Shown: positions 23,901-36,490 of the stretch, piece after piece
Layout of the letters: the number at the start of each line of letters is the position of its first letter
Numbering within the stretch: the first letter of the stretch is position 1
Assembly: GCA_004431415.1 (NCBI GenBank)
Contig: QPMI01000039.1
Coordinates: 496,001 to 560,000, forward strand
DNA length: 64,000 bases
Origin: Cyanophora paradoxa CCMP329
Taxonomy: Eukaryota; Plantae; Glaucophyta
Direction of reading: 5' to 3'
The notes under the pieces: generated by a model
The model's input: the letters and a program-made list of their open reading frames with translations, nothing else
The model's database searches: none
What the model was told of the DNA's origin: nothing
Translations under genes and position numbers: made by a program

Positions 23901-25438
23901 CCGTCGGCCGGCGGCCCCTTCTCACTCGCGATCGGCGGGGGCGGCAGCGCGCCGGCGTTCTGCCCGAAGTACGCCAAGTGCCCCGTCCTCCTCAAGATCA
24001 AGCCCCAGCACGAGTGCATCGACAAGGCGCGCTGCCCCGCAGCTCGATCCAGCCCGCCCTCGATGCTGACGAGGGCGCCTCGCACGATCGGCGGGCGCAG
24101 TGCGAGGTGCTGGAGCAGTTCCTGGACGGGGACGCGCTCCACTCGGACGATATCGGCGTGCCGAAGGACGAGCTCTACGACGACGAGTACTTCTGCGTGC
24201 GCCCCGCCCCGCCCCGCCCCGCGACCTTCGGCCCACTATCACGCTTTGACGCCCCGCGGCAGGTGCGCAAGTGCAAGCTCATCGACGGCACGTACGAGCA
24301 GGTCGGGCCGTACCCGGCGTGCGACGGCGAGGGGAACTGCGACCCGTGCGACCCGGACCTGCCGGCGAGCAAGGGCGGCTGGGCGGAGGACGTCGTCTGC
24401 TGCGACGAGAAGAACCACAAGGCGCAGGAGTTCTACGAGAAGCTGCCGTGCTACTACGAGCTCGTTGCCAAGCTCTGCGAGCTCAAGGCCCGCCCCGCCC
24501 GCCCGCGCGGCGCTGCCGGCCCTGACCGCGAGTGCGCCTGCAGCTGTACAAGCTCGAGACGCTGAAGGAGCTCGGCGCCAAGAAGGAGGCGGTGCGCGCG
24601 CAGCCTCCCCGGCCCCGCGGGCCCTGCCGCGGCCTAGCTGACGCCGGCTGCAGCTCATCGAGCTCGAGTGCGAGCTGGAGGAGCTGAAGCACGACTACCC
24701 CCTCGACGAGAAGGCGATCGCGTGCCTGGAGAAAGACATTGAGGAGTACAAGTGCGACATCGCGCGGCTGTACGGCGGCCTGGAGGAGCTGAAGGGCCAG
24801 ATCGAGTGCCTGCGCGGGGAGGTCACCGAGAAGCAGGCCGAGCTCAAGTGCCTCCTCGAGGAGAGCCACATCGAGCGTGCGCCCCGCCCCGCCCCGCCCG
24901 CCCCGCCCCGCCCGGTCCGGCCCCCGAGCCCGAGCGCGGGGCGGCAGTGAAGCACGACCCGTTCGACATCTGCAACGCGACGCACCACGACTGCTGCGCG
25001 GCGGAGATCGAGCACGTCGTCAAGCTCCTCTCGACCCCGGACGCCGAGGTCGCCAGCGTCCCGCAGGAGGAGATCGACGCCGCCGCCGCCGTGCGCCCCG
25101 CCGGCCTCCCCGCGCCCGCCCCGCGATTCATCTGACAGGCTCGGTGCGGGGGCAGATCGTCGACAAGCTCGCCGTCGGCGAGGCCGTCACCTTCGAGCCG
25201 AGCGCCGACGTCGAGCCCGTCGCCCCGGCCGCCGATCCGGTGCCCGCTGCTCCATCTCCTCACAGCTCGCGCTTGCCCTCTAAGCCCTTCCCCGCGGCAG
25301 GCTGTCGCGGAGTTCGACGTCGACAGTGCATCGCTCACGGACAGCGGCGCGGAGGAGAGCGACTCTGGCGAGGAGGGCGCGGCGGCCGACGAGGCCGCCG
25401 CCATCGACGCCGCCGTCGCCGGCATCGCCGTCTACTGA
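20588..25438 (+). CDS. Uncharacterised acidic Cys-rich protein, copy 1 (type A cassette: GGN repeat + ~130-aa putative globular insert); about 27 coding exons, C-terminal coiled coil
   Basis: Exons splice in frame from MSTETEAAPATLPE|EATAAEPAIAA|EPEPEAPVPADELLVEILGNHSD| through DFCSEGCEKG...CPCPAEHEYTHG...CCESDFKTPCELPK...LECELEELKHDYPLDEKAIACLEKDIEEYKCDIARL to AAVAGIAVY*. Strong G/C third-position codon bias; consistent donor, branch and acceptor signals. Confidence 0.85.
20939..21010 (+). repeat. Coding (GGC GGC AAC/GAC)n repeat encoding GGNGGDGGNGGNGGDGGNGGNGGD
   Basis: Eight 9-bp units read directly. Confidence 0.9.
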
Positions 25439-25844
25439 GCGCCCCGCCCTCGCCGCCGGCCCGCCGGCGCCGGCGCCCCGACTTGTACCATAGCATGTTG
25501 TAACACCCGCCCCTTTTTCGTTTAATTTAGTTCTCGCGCTTATTGTGATCACTTGATCATAAACCGAAGCTGTGATCATGAGCTGAGACTCGCGATCATC
25601 GAATCGCCGATCGAGTCCAGATCGGTGACTCTGATGATGATCACTAGAAATCGCTTGGGACTTAAGCAGCTCATCACGGGATCCACGGCCGCGAGCCGCA
25701 GGTGCACTCCGAGGCTTAGGCTTGCTTCATGCGCATGAATGTTGAAGAAGTTGCGCCTATTCTGGTTTCTGCCGTTGCAATTTAAATTTTCGATATCCGA
25801 ATTCAACTTCAATACGATACGAGTTGAACGCGAGAGCTCGAGCC

Positions 25845-27877
25845 CTACTGCGCCTTGGAGCGGCCGGACTTCGAATTCTCGCGGCCCTCGCGGCCCTCGT
25901 CGGCGGGGGCGGGGCGGAGGAGGAGGGCGAGGAGGACGGCGACGTGGGCGGCAGCGACGACGCCGGACGCGCCCCGCCGCACGAAGCACACGTCGCACTC
26001 CTCCAGCCCTACGCGCGCGCGCGCCGCCGCCTCGCCGTCAGACAAGATTCCAGGTAGAGCGAGCGGGGAAGGCAGTCGACGCACCAGGGTCGATGACGCA
26101 ATCCGCGCTGACGTCCTGCAAGGCGGGCGGGTGAGCCGGACGGGCCACGAGCTCGAGTCGAGTCGCGTGGGCGGGGCGGGGCGGGCCTCGGGGCAGCCGC
26201 TCCACTGGTTCCAGGCGAGCTCGAGGACAAGGCCGAGGCCGGCGATGGCGGGGAGCGGGAGGCCGTGGAGGGCGAGCCCGAGGGGCAGCGTCTGCTGGTA
26301 CCACACGAAGAACGAGTCTGCCGCGCCGCCGCGTCATGATCAGCCGAGTCGAGAGCGGGGCGCGGCGGCAGACAGTGGAGGGAGCGGGCGAAGGCGACGC
26401 CGACGAGGTTCGAGGCGACGAGCACGCCCGCTGTCCACCGCGGGCCCGGCCCGGGCGCCCTCGCGCGGTGGTCCGCTCTGGAGAGAAGGGCGCGGCGGAG
26501 GCCAGAGAGGCCGAGCCAGCCGCCGGGGCGCAGCGCGAGGGCGGCGAGGGCGGCGAGGTGGCCGGCGAGGAGCGCCCCGTGGAAGACCCGCGAGGCGAAG
26601 AGGTCGGGCGGCAGGAACTTCCAGTTGTACGAGAGCTGCCCGCCTGTTGTTAGGGCGCCGCGGCGGCGCCGCCGGGCCGTGCGGGGCCGCACCATGTGGT
26701 GGAAGCGGCGGCCGAACTCGAAGGCAGCGCCCAGGAACGAGCCTGCGCGCCCGGGCGCTCAGTGCGCGGGTGCGCCGGCGGGGGCGAGGGCGGGCGGGGC
26801 GGCGGGGCGCGCGGGGCCGGTGGAGGAGGAAAGGGATGCCGAGAAGGGGCTGCAGGGCCGCCGCCCCGAGGAGCGCGCCGGCCGCGCCGAGCGGGCCCCG
26901 CGCCCGCAGCAGCACGACCGCCAGGCCGGGGCGTACAGCAGCGCCGACATCTTCACGCTGCCGGTACGCGGTTGGGGGGGGGGAGACCTGGAGGGGTACG
27001 GGGCGGGGACCTGACGGCGAGGGAGAGGAGGAAGGCGGCGGCGACGGGGCGGCCGCGGACGACGGCCGCGTGGAGCGCGAGGTGCGCGAGGGTCACCTGC
27101 GGCGGCGTCGGCGTCCGCGGGCGGGGGCGGGGCCGGGGCGAGGCGGGCCTGCCAGCAGTCGTTGAAGAGACCGTTCACGAACACGTTTCGCGTGCGCACA
27201 GCGACGTACGTCAGCCCGCAGAGCAGCCACGGGCGCGAGCCGGGCTGCGGAATCGCTGAGCCGCGATCGAGTGGGAACGCAAGCGCTGAGTGGCGGCGGG
27301 CGGGGGCGGCACCGGAGCGGCGGCCTCGTAGATGCCGGAGACAAGCCACGCGTTCAGCGCCTGCACCGCCGTGTGGGGCCGCGGCCGATCGCATGAGCAG
27401 CTGCAGCTGCATGCGCAGAGCGGACCTGCAGCACGCCGTAGATCGCCTGCAGCAGCGCGACGCGCCGCCCGCCGTCGGAGATGTAGTGCAGCGCTACGTG
27501 AATCCACACGTGCCCGCCCGGATACACCAGCGGCCTGGCGGGATCCGGAGCGCTCGCGTCGGGTTCGAAATTCGAGCGCGCGCGCGCTGCAGCTGGCGCG
27601 GACCCCGTGCGGCCCTCGATGGCCTCGTAGTCGCGTTCTCCACTGACGATGTGATCGACCTGGTCCATGTAGGCCCACCTGCGAGCGCGGCGGGAGGCAC
27701 AGATCAGCACTGCGCGGCCCGCGGGCGGCCAGAGCCCGACGCGGACCAATCGATCGCATGGAAAGGCCCGTGGATCGCGAAGGCGACGTTCAGGACGATA
27801 TCCAGCAGCAGCAGCCACGTCCGCCAGCCGAGCCCCGCGAGCCGAGTCGCGGGCGCTCCGACCGCCGCCTTCGCCAT
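25845..27877 (-). CDS. ALG3: ALG3-family Dol-P-Man alpha-1,3-mannosyltransferase, divergent, full length; one apparent -1 frameshift in a homopolymer at ~26930
   Basis: IDWWAYMDQV...GERDY...GRTGPLVYPGGHVW, GLFNDCW, SLAVSVKMSALLYAP, AFEFGRRF, YNWKFLPPDLFASRVFHGALLAGHL, SNLVGVAFARSLH, FFVWYQQTLP, LELAWN follow the ALG3 motif order; ends RSKAQ*. Confidence 0.9.
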
Positions 27878-28178
27878 CTGGGTGCAGCGCGCATGCAACT
27901 GGCCGCGCTCCGGAGCCGCTAGCGCTGCGATCGAACGAACGAGCTTCAAGTTGAAGTCTCCTGTACCCGGGGCGAAGTGGTCGAGCGGCGCCAGCACGTG
28001 TTCTAGAGCGCTGCACGCATAGCATAGTGCCGCAGAAGCGTTAGGGACGGCGAGCAGCGCGACCGAAGAGCGCTGGGAGTTCGGAGGCCCAGCGTTGCCG
28101 TACGGCACGACCATCCAGAGAGATTCTGAACCTAGCTAGCAGCTCTTTCGAGCAACGGTGAGCGGTTCCAGGCTGTCC

Positions 28179-30250
28179 ATGGCGTCGTTCGGGCGGGCGC
28201 CAGCTCCTGTCTTCGGCTCCACGCGCAAAGTGAACGCGCTCGATGCTCAGGGCTACAGGGTGCGTTCCTCCTTGCGATGCAGTCGAAGGCGGCGTATGTC
28301 GCGGCCGTGGCTTCTGAGCTGGCCGCTTGGACCCCGCGGCGTACACCCAGCGCCCGCTGAGATGCGCGTTCGGCAGGTCGCCGGTGCGAGCGGCATGCAC
28401 ACGGTGGATCCTGAGGAGGAGGCCGGTGCGCCGCCGCTCGCTCGCTCCGGACGCCCCGCCCGTCGACACGCGTCGGGGGCCGCAGCGTACCTCGAGTGGT
28501 TCAACAAGTCGTTACAGGACGACGCGGACATCGGCTCGTTCGTGCCGCTCGCCCCGGACCAGCTCTTCGCGCTCCTCGTCGAGCCCTACGTCTGGTGGTG
28601 CGCCGCGGGCCGCCCCGCCCGCCCCGGATTTGATCCGCGTCCGTTGCGAGCGCGGGGGCGGCGCAGCAAGCTCCTGAACCGCCCCTCGCCGGGGGTCTTC
28701 ACGGCGGAGCAGGTCCGCTCCATGAAGGGCCAGGTCCGCCCCCCGCCGCCCCTCGCGCCCCGCCGCAGGTTCGGAGCTGACGCCGGGCGGCAGACGCGGC
28801 GCATCCAGCAGGTGAACAACCTGAACGCCATCATTCAGAATATGCAAATGCGAGCCGCCGCGTCTCCAACTTCGGCAGCGACATGAAGGCGGGCCCAGCG
28901 CCCCGCGTACCCCCCCTCGCCGCCTCACGCTGTACCCAGGACTCGGAAGTGTACACGCACCTGCTGTACCAGGTCGGGCGCTTCGACGGCTGCGACATGA
29001 GTCCCCTGCAGGCGCCCCCGCCCCGCCCGCCCGCCAGCACGGGCCGCCCGCTCGGGCCGCCCGCGCTGACCCGCCGGCTGCAGAACCGGAACCTGGTGGA
29101 CCGGGCGGCCGCGGTGCTGGTGCAGGCGGACAAGATCGGCTGCCGCCGCTTCGTCAAGAAGGAGACCATCGTCGCCGTGCGCCGTACCCCCCGGGGCGGG
29201 GGGGGGGGGTAGGGGCTCACGCGGAGCGCAGGGGAACGAGCGCCTGAACCTCGCGTTCGTCGCGACCATCTTCAACGAGCGCAACGGGCTGAACCTGCCA
29301 CTGGGTACGCGATCGGATCCCCGCCCCCGCCGGGCGCTGGGGTACGCGGCACGATCCGCCTTCGCCGCAGGCCAGTGCACGTTCGAGCCGAAGGCGATCC
29401 AGCTGACGGCCCCGGAGGGGGGGTACGCGACGGCCTCGTTCAAGATCTGGAACCAGGGGCGGGGCCCGATGCTCTGGGCCGCCGACCACCCGCACTGGAT
29501 CCGGACGGCGGAGCCGCGGCAGGGGTACCTGGAGTGCGGGGCGTGGCAGACGGTGCACCTGACCGTGCTCTGCGCGACGGCGGGGGACGTGCGCGGGGCG
29601 CTCGAGATCACGGGCGGGGAGGCGCCGGCGGCCCTGCCCGTCTCGGTCCGCGTGGTGCCCGGGGTGCTGGAGATCGAGCCGGCGGAGCTGGTCTTCGAGG
29701 TGCCCGAGCTCGGCCAGTGCCGCCGCCAGCTCTCCATCCGCAACGCGTGCGCCCCGCTCCAGAATACCCTTTGGAGCCCGTCCGACGCGTACCCTCCCGC
29801 AGCGGCGCAGGATCGATGACGTGGCGCCTGGAGATGGGGCCGGGACCGGTACCCGTGCCCCCTTCCTCCCCGCCCCACTTCTCACCTTACCCCCCACGGC
29901 AGGGCCCCGCCCGGGGCGAGGACGCAGTACCTCGAGGCGACGAGCGGGGGGGTACGCTGGAGGCGAGGCAGGCGGCCTGCATCGAGGTGAGCGCAGCGGC
30001 AGCGGGCCAGGGCGGCATCGGAGCGCCGCGCTGACTTGGCCTGGGGCCAGGCGCGGGCGCCGCGGCAGCCGGAGGGCTTCGGGACGCGGCGCGCCTCGGT
30101 GGTCGTGAGCGGCGGGGGTTACCGCCGCGAGATCCCCTGCACCATCTCCTCCCTCCAGGGCCCGCCCCTCACCTCTCCCTCCCGCCTTCGCTTTTGAGCG
30201 CCTGGCGCAGGGGTGCTGCGGGTGGACCCGCCCCAGCTGCTCTTAGAGGT
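28179..30250 (+). pseudogene. Truncated duplicate of the CH/Ig/VWA gene 5' part, with a ~550-bp internal deletion and frameshift
   Basis: Inverted copy of 14931-17573. At ~28835-28850 it jumps from NAII to the SRRVSNFGSD exon through filler tatgcaaatg, giving a stop at ~28884. Ends at the start of the third Ig repeat. Confidence 0.9.
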
Positions 30251-30633
30251 GCATGATCCGAATTTCATCGAGCCATTCGCAATTGCAAAGCCAAACAGTT
30301 TGTTCGAGCTTCGGACCCGGATCCGGATCCGTTCGCGCATCCGCAACTTCAGTCACACGCGCATTCATGAATTCGAAGCTAGTGCACGTGCCCAGCCCGT
30401 GCACGCGCACGTGCCACGGTGGCCGTACGCGTGGGAAGCTGCGGAAGTCCCACGCATGTGCAAGTGTAATACCGACCCCCAGCTCGAGTCTCATACCATG
30501 TACGAGGCATCCGTTAAATTGATCACGATAAGCGAAAAAACGAAGAAAGGGCAGGGTGATTATAATTACAATACGCTATTGTACACGTGCCTGCTCGCGG
30601 GCGGCGGCGGGGCGGCGATTGAGGGCGGGGCGC

Positions 30634-33600
30634 TCAGTAGACGGCGATGCCGGCGACGGCGGCGTCGATGGCGGCGGCCTCGTCGGCCGCCGCGCCCTCC
30701 TCGCCAGAGTCGCTCTCCTCCGCGCCGCTGTCCGTGAGCGATGCACTGTCGACGTCGAACTCCGCGACAGCCTGCCGCGGGGAAGGGCTTAGAGGGCAAG
30801 CGCGAGCTGTGAGGAGATGGAGCAGCGGGCACCGGGTCGGCGGCCGGGGCGACGGGCTCGACGTCGGCGCTCGGCTCGAAGGTGACGGCCTCGCCGACGG
30901 CGAGCTTGTCGACGATCTGCCCCCGCACCGAGCCCGTCAGATGAATCGCGGGGCGGGCGCGGGGAGGCCGGCGGGGCGCACGGCGGCGGCGGCGTCGATC
31001 TCCTCCTGCGGGACGCTGGCGACCTCGGCGTCCGGGGTCGAGAGGAGCTTGACGACGTGCTCGATCTCCGCCGCGCAGCAGTCGTGGTGCGTCGCGTTGC
31101 AGATGTCGAACGGGTCGTGCTTCACTGCCGCCCCGCTTGAACCGCAGCGGGGCGGGCCGGGGCGGGCCGGGGCGGGGCGGGGCGGGGCGCACGCTCGATG
31201 TGGCTCTCCTCGAGGAGGCACTTGAGCTCGGCCTGCTTCTCGGTGACCTCCCCGCGCAGGCACTCGATCTGGCCCTTCAGCTCCTCCAGGTCCCCGTACA
31301 GCCGCGCGATGTCGCACTTGTACTCCTCAATGTCTTTCTCCAGGCACGCGATCGCCTTCTCGTCGAGGGGTAGTCGTGCTTCAGCTCCTCCAGCTCGCAC
31401 TCGAGCTCGATGAGCTGCAGCCGGCGTCAGCTAGGCCGCGGCAGGGCCCGCGGGGCCGGGGCGGCTGCGCGCGCACCGCCTCCTTCTTGGCGCCGAGCTC
31501 CTTCAGCGTCTCGAGCTTGTACAGCTGCAGGCGCGCTCGCGGTCAGGGCCGGCAGCGCCGCGCGGGCGGGCGGGGCGGGCCTTGAGCTCGCAGAGCTTGG
31601 CGACGAGCTCGTAGTAGCACGGCAGCTTCTCGTAGAACTCCTGCGCCTTGTGGTTCTTCTCGTCGCAGCAGACGACGTCCTCCGCCCAGCCGCCCTTGCT
31701 CGCCGGCAGGTCCGGGTCGCACGGGTCGCAGTTCCCTCGCCGTCGCACGCCGGGTACGGCCCGACCTGCTCGTACGTGCCGTCGATGAGCTTGCACTTGC
31801 GCACCTGCCGCGGCGCGTCAGGAGGGGCCGAGCGAGCGGACCGGGCGGCGGGCGGGACGCGGGGCGGGGGGCGGGGCGGGGCGCACGCAGAAGTACTCGT
31901 CGTCGTAGAGCTCGTCCTTCGGCACGCCGATATCGTCCGAGTGGAGCGCGTCCCCGTCCAGGAACTGCTCCAGCACCTCGCACTGCGCCCGCCGATCGCG
32001 CGAGGCGCCCTCGTGAGCATCGAGGGCGGGCTGGATCGAGCTGCGGGGCAGCGCGCCTTGTCGATGCACTCGTGCTGGGGCTTGATCTTGAGGAGGACGG
32101 GGCACTTGGCGTACTTCGGGCAGAACGCCGGCGCGCTGCCGGCCCCGCCGATCGCAAGTGAGACGGGGCCGCCGGCCGACGGCGTGGGGCGGCGGACGCA
32201 CAACTCGATGACGCCGGTGGGCGTGCACTCGGTGTGCTTGTTGTGCACGTCCTCGCAGACGTTGAAGGTGCACTGCTTCTTGCAGCCGTGCTCGTCCGCC
32301 TCCTTCCACTTGGCGTTGTCGAAGTTGTAGTCGCAGAAGCGCACCTCTCCGCACGGCTTCACCTGCGCCCGCGGCGTCGGCGCGGGCGGAGCCGCGCGAG
32401 GCAGCCCGCGCCCTGCGCCGGGGGCGCACCTCGTTCTCGCAGCAGTCGCCGGGCACGTACTTCTCGCACGGCTCGTTCGGCGCGTCGGGCTTCTGGAAGA
32501 CGTAGGTCTTGATGGTGCCCGTCTCGAGCGCCGGCTTGATGCTGCCCGCCCGTCAGGCCGGCCCGCGTCCCCGTTGGGCTGGGGGGCGGGGAGGGCGCAC
32601 AAGTAGCCCTTGATCTTGACGTCGTTGTACTGCTCGTAGCAGCCCTCGGCCTGCGGTCCGGGGCGCCTCAGAGAGGGCCGGGCCCGGGGCACGTTTGCGC
32701 CGCGCCGCGCGCACCCAGGCCTTGCCCTCCTGCGTCCAGTCCGCGTGGCCATGCTTCTCCACGTAAGCCTTCCAGTCGACCGGCTGCTTCGTCTGCTCGC
32801 CGGGCGCCCCGTGAGCGCAGAGCGGCAGGAGCGGGCGCGCCCGCCCCGAGGGCTCGGCGGACCGTGTAGGTGAGCTTGTAGGGCTGCTCGGCGATCGTCA
32901 CGTTGAGGCACTTGTCGACGTGGACGGTCTGCTCGGTGCACGCGTGGAAGGGCTTGGCCTCGAAGACGTCCTCGAGGCTCCAGCCGCCGCACTCCAGCGC
33001 CTCCTTGAAGCCGCACGGCAGCTGCTCCTCGCACACGCGCGGCAGCGTCGCCAGCTGCTCGCACCCCTGCAGCGCGATCCTGCGCACAGTCGGCGGCGGC
33101 CGGTGTGGCGGGGCGGGCGGGCGGCCGGCGGGGCGCCGGCGCACTTGGGCAGCTCGCAGGGGTCTTGAAGTCGCTCTCGCAGCACTCCTCGTCGTGCGGG
33201 CAGACGTCGAGGTCGACGTTGCAGACGGTGAGGTCCTCGCACGGGCCGACGTGGCAGTAGTACTTGTCGACGGGGTCGCACTTGCCCGGCTCCGGGATGA
33301 CCACGCTCTCGTGGTCGATCTTCGGCTCGCAGGTCGCCGCGAAGTGCAGGTCCCCGAACTGCGGCGGGGGCGCTCGGCGCCGCGAAGGGCACGCCGGCGG
33401 GCGGGCGGGCGGGGCGCACCTTGTACTCGGGGCAGTCGAGCTCCTTCAGGATCGGCGTCTTGTCGTCTGCAGCGGCCGCTCAGGGGCGCCCCGGACGGAA
33501 GACGGGAGGCGGGAACCGCGCACAGAAGACCTTGGTCTTGCCGAAGTAGACCTTGTCGGTCTCGACCTGCTGCGTCGTCTCGATCGTGCCCGTCTCCTTG

Positions 33601-35101
33601 TAGTCCACCACCTTGTAGTCCGTCCCGGTGATCTTGAACTTCTGCGTGGCCCTGCGCGCCGCCGTCAAGAGGCGGGGCGGCCGGCCAGGCGCCGCCCCGC
33701 GCACCCGACGGTGCCGCAGCGCTCGGCCTCGTTGGTGTAGAGGGCGTCACCGTAGAACTTCTTCTCCCCGCAGTCCTTCACCTCGCCGATCACTGCGGCC
33801 CATCAGCGGTGCAGGCGGGTGGGGCGGGGCGGGCGGGGGCACCCTTGAAGGGCCGCTTGTACTCGGCCTCGTAGACCTTGACGCCGTCGGGCTCGGAGCA
33901 GGGCGTCGTCTGGCAGCGGTCCTGCGTGATCTCCGCCAGCAGCTCCTTCGCCTGCGCGCGCCCCGCACGTCAGATGCCTGAGGCCCTGCCCGTGCGGGCC
34001 GGCGGGGCGGGCGGGCCTCGGTGCAGCAGCCGTCCTCGCCGCCCTTGATGATGGTGGCGTTGGCCTCGACCGAGCCGTGCGTGTACTCGTGCTCCGCGGG
34101 GCACGGGCAGTCCACCTGCAGGGGGTACTCGCTCTCCTCGCACCCCTCCGAGCAGAAGTCGCTGCCCGCCGCGGCCGGCGTCAGAGAAGGCGGGCGGGCT
34201 TGGCGCGAGGGCGGCGGGCCGGTGCACCAGGGGTCCTGGTCGCCGTGGTGCGACTCCTCGCCGTCGTGCTCGGAGCCGTCGTGCTCCGACGGCTCCGACG
34301 ACTCCGACGGCGGGGGGTACTCGTCGTCGTGCTCCGACTCCCCGTGCTCCTCGCCGTCGGAGTGCTCCTCCTGCGCGGCGGAGATCGGCCCGTGCAGCCG
34401 GCGGCTCTCGGCCCCGCCCGCCCACCTCGCCGTTCTCCTCGCCAGAGCCGTAGCCGTTGGAGGCCTCCTCCTCGTGGCCGTCGCCGTTCTCAGAGCCGCC
34501 CTCGTGCTGCGAGCCGGCGCTGGTCAGCAAAAGCGGCACCCTGCCCCGCGGCCCGGCCCCCCACCTCGCCGTTCTCTTCGCCAGAGCCGTAGCCGTTGGA
34601 GGCCTCCTCCTCGTGGCCGTCGCCGTTCTCAGAGCCGCCCTCGTGCTGCGAGCCGGAGCTGGTCAGCGAACGCGGCGCCCCGCCCCGCGGCCCGGCCCGC
34701 TTGCCTCGCCGTCCTCGCCCCCCTCCTCCGACTCGCCGCCCTGCGCGGCCTCGGCGTCGGCCGCCTGCGAGGCCGACGCTGTTTTGGAGGGCGGGCGCAC
34801 GTCGCTGTGGTTGCCGAGGATCTCGACGAGCAGCTCGTCCGCCGGCACCGGCGCCTCCGGCTCCGGTTCCTGCGGCCGCGGGCGGCGGTCAAGAGGCTGC
34901 GGACGGGTGTGCAGCGAGGCCCGCGGCGGCGCACCGCGGCGATCGCGGGCTCAGCGGCGGCGGTCCCCTCCTGCGGCAGGCGGAGCGCGCGCGCGTGAGG
35001 GCGGGGGCGGGCGGAGGGCGCGGGGCGGGGCGGGGCGGGGCGCACGGGGCGAGGAGGACCTCGGGAAGGGTCGCGGGGGCGGCCTCGGTCTCGGTCGACA
35101 T
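30634..35101 (-). CDS. Cys-rich protein copy 2 (type B acidic His/Glu/Gly cassette); three single-base homopolymer deletions (pseudogene or assembly errors)
   Basis: Near-identical to 41284-45752 but one base shorter in G/C runs at ~31370, ~31735 and ~33160. Confidence 0.75.
34426..34645 (-). repeat. Tandemly duplicated 81-nt phase-0 exon with its intron (HEGGSENGDGHEEEASNGYGSGEENGE x2); also at 45082-45300
   Basis: Exons 34565-34645 and 34426-34506, each preceded by gctgaccagc.ccggctcgcag. Confidence 0.9.
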
Positions 35102-36490
35102 GCTGCGCGGCGCCCGCCCGCCCCGTCAGCGCCCCGCCCGCCGGCGCCGGCGGCCCGCGCATCCGTCCGCACGTTCAAGAGCGGCTTCGCACGAACGAAC
35201 GGGTTTGAAGACGAACTGCGGCGGCGGCGCGCGTGGTCAGCGGAAGGCGCCGCCGCCATCGGCGGCTAAGTTGGCGGGGCAGCGCTTTGGCAAACTTCGC
35301 GGGGCCGCGGGGAGGCTAGGCCTGGGCTACGCGCGCGCAGAGCTCGCCCTTGGCCGCCGGGCGGGACGGACCTTGAGAGCAGCGATCCGAGATCAGCGAA
35401 CTGCGGCGGCGGGGCGAGGCCGCGCGCTCTTGTAGGGCCCGCTGACCGCACTCGGAGCTGGTTCTGGTCTGCCGTCGGTATGACTTCCGAGTCCGCTGCT
35501 GGCGGCGCGAAACGCTCTCAGTCTCGATAGTGTCGATAACCAGAGCGCACGGATCAGAGCGGCTGCAGATCTAGAGAGCTGGCTCGCCGCGCGAGCTGAC
35601 CGCGAACGAACCGGCGCGAGTGGACCACAACTGACAGGGGTCGAACGAATAAAAAAGAGAAAAAGCGAGGAAAAAAAGCTCCGAAAATGAACCGGTTCTG
35701 TGGACCAAAGCTCCGACAGCCTCCGAGACCAGTTCTGACGGGTCAAGTCACGCCTCAAGTGATTCAGGTCACGGACGGAAAAGCTCCGAATAGCGAAAAA
35801 AGGAGTCGTCAACTTGAAAGTCCGGTTCGGGTTTAAAAATTTACCGCTCAAGCTCCGAAAACAGCAGCGAAAGTTCCGAAGAGGGGTCAATTGCAATGCG
35901 AACCAGAAGAGACGACAAGCGGCCGGCAAGTGCGGGACGGTCATTCTAAGACCACACATAAACTCGGAGGGGCGGTCGCGCTAAAACCACATAAAGACTC
36001 GGAGAGTTCCGAGAGTAAAAATAGTTTACGTTCTGAACGCGTTCCGATGATCGTCTCTACGAAAATAGTTCTCTAAGAGAGCGGGCCCCAGTCAAAGAAT
36101 CGGAAGCTGCGAAACAGAAACAGCTGAAACCGAACAAAACATTTCAACTGGTTCTCTTAGACTTTTGAAGGATCGCGGTCAAAATGAATGGGGGGGCCCC
36201 GGGCGGGGTAGAGAGGAGTGGAGGAGTGGAATTGGGGGGGGGGGGGGGGGGGGGGGGGAACGAAGGGACAGCCCGTCTGAGATCAAATTGCAAAGGACGC
36301 GAAAGGGGGCGACGGGGAAGATCGCGGTGGCGAGGGAGCTTTGGAATAAGAAGGAAAGAGAAACGGAGGCGCGCGTGAGAGCCAGCGGGGACGCAGCCGC
36401 GCAAAAGGCGACTCCACATCTATTCCGACACGAGCGCTGCTAGCTCTACGGACGGCGGGCCGGGGGCGCGCGCGGGGCCCGCCCCGCGGG

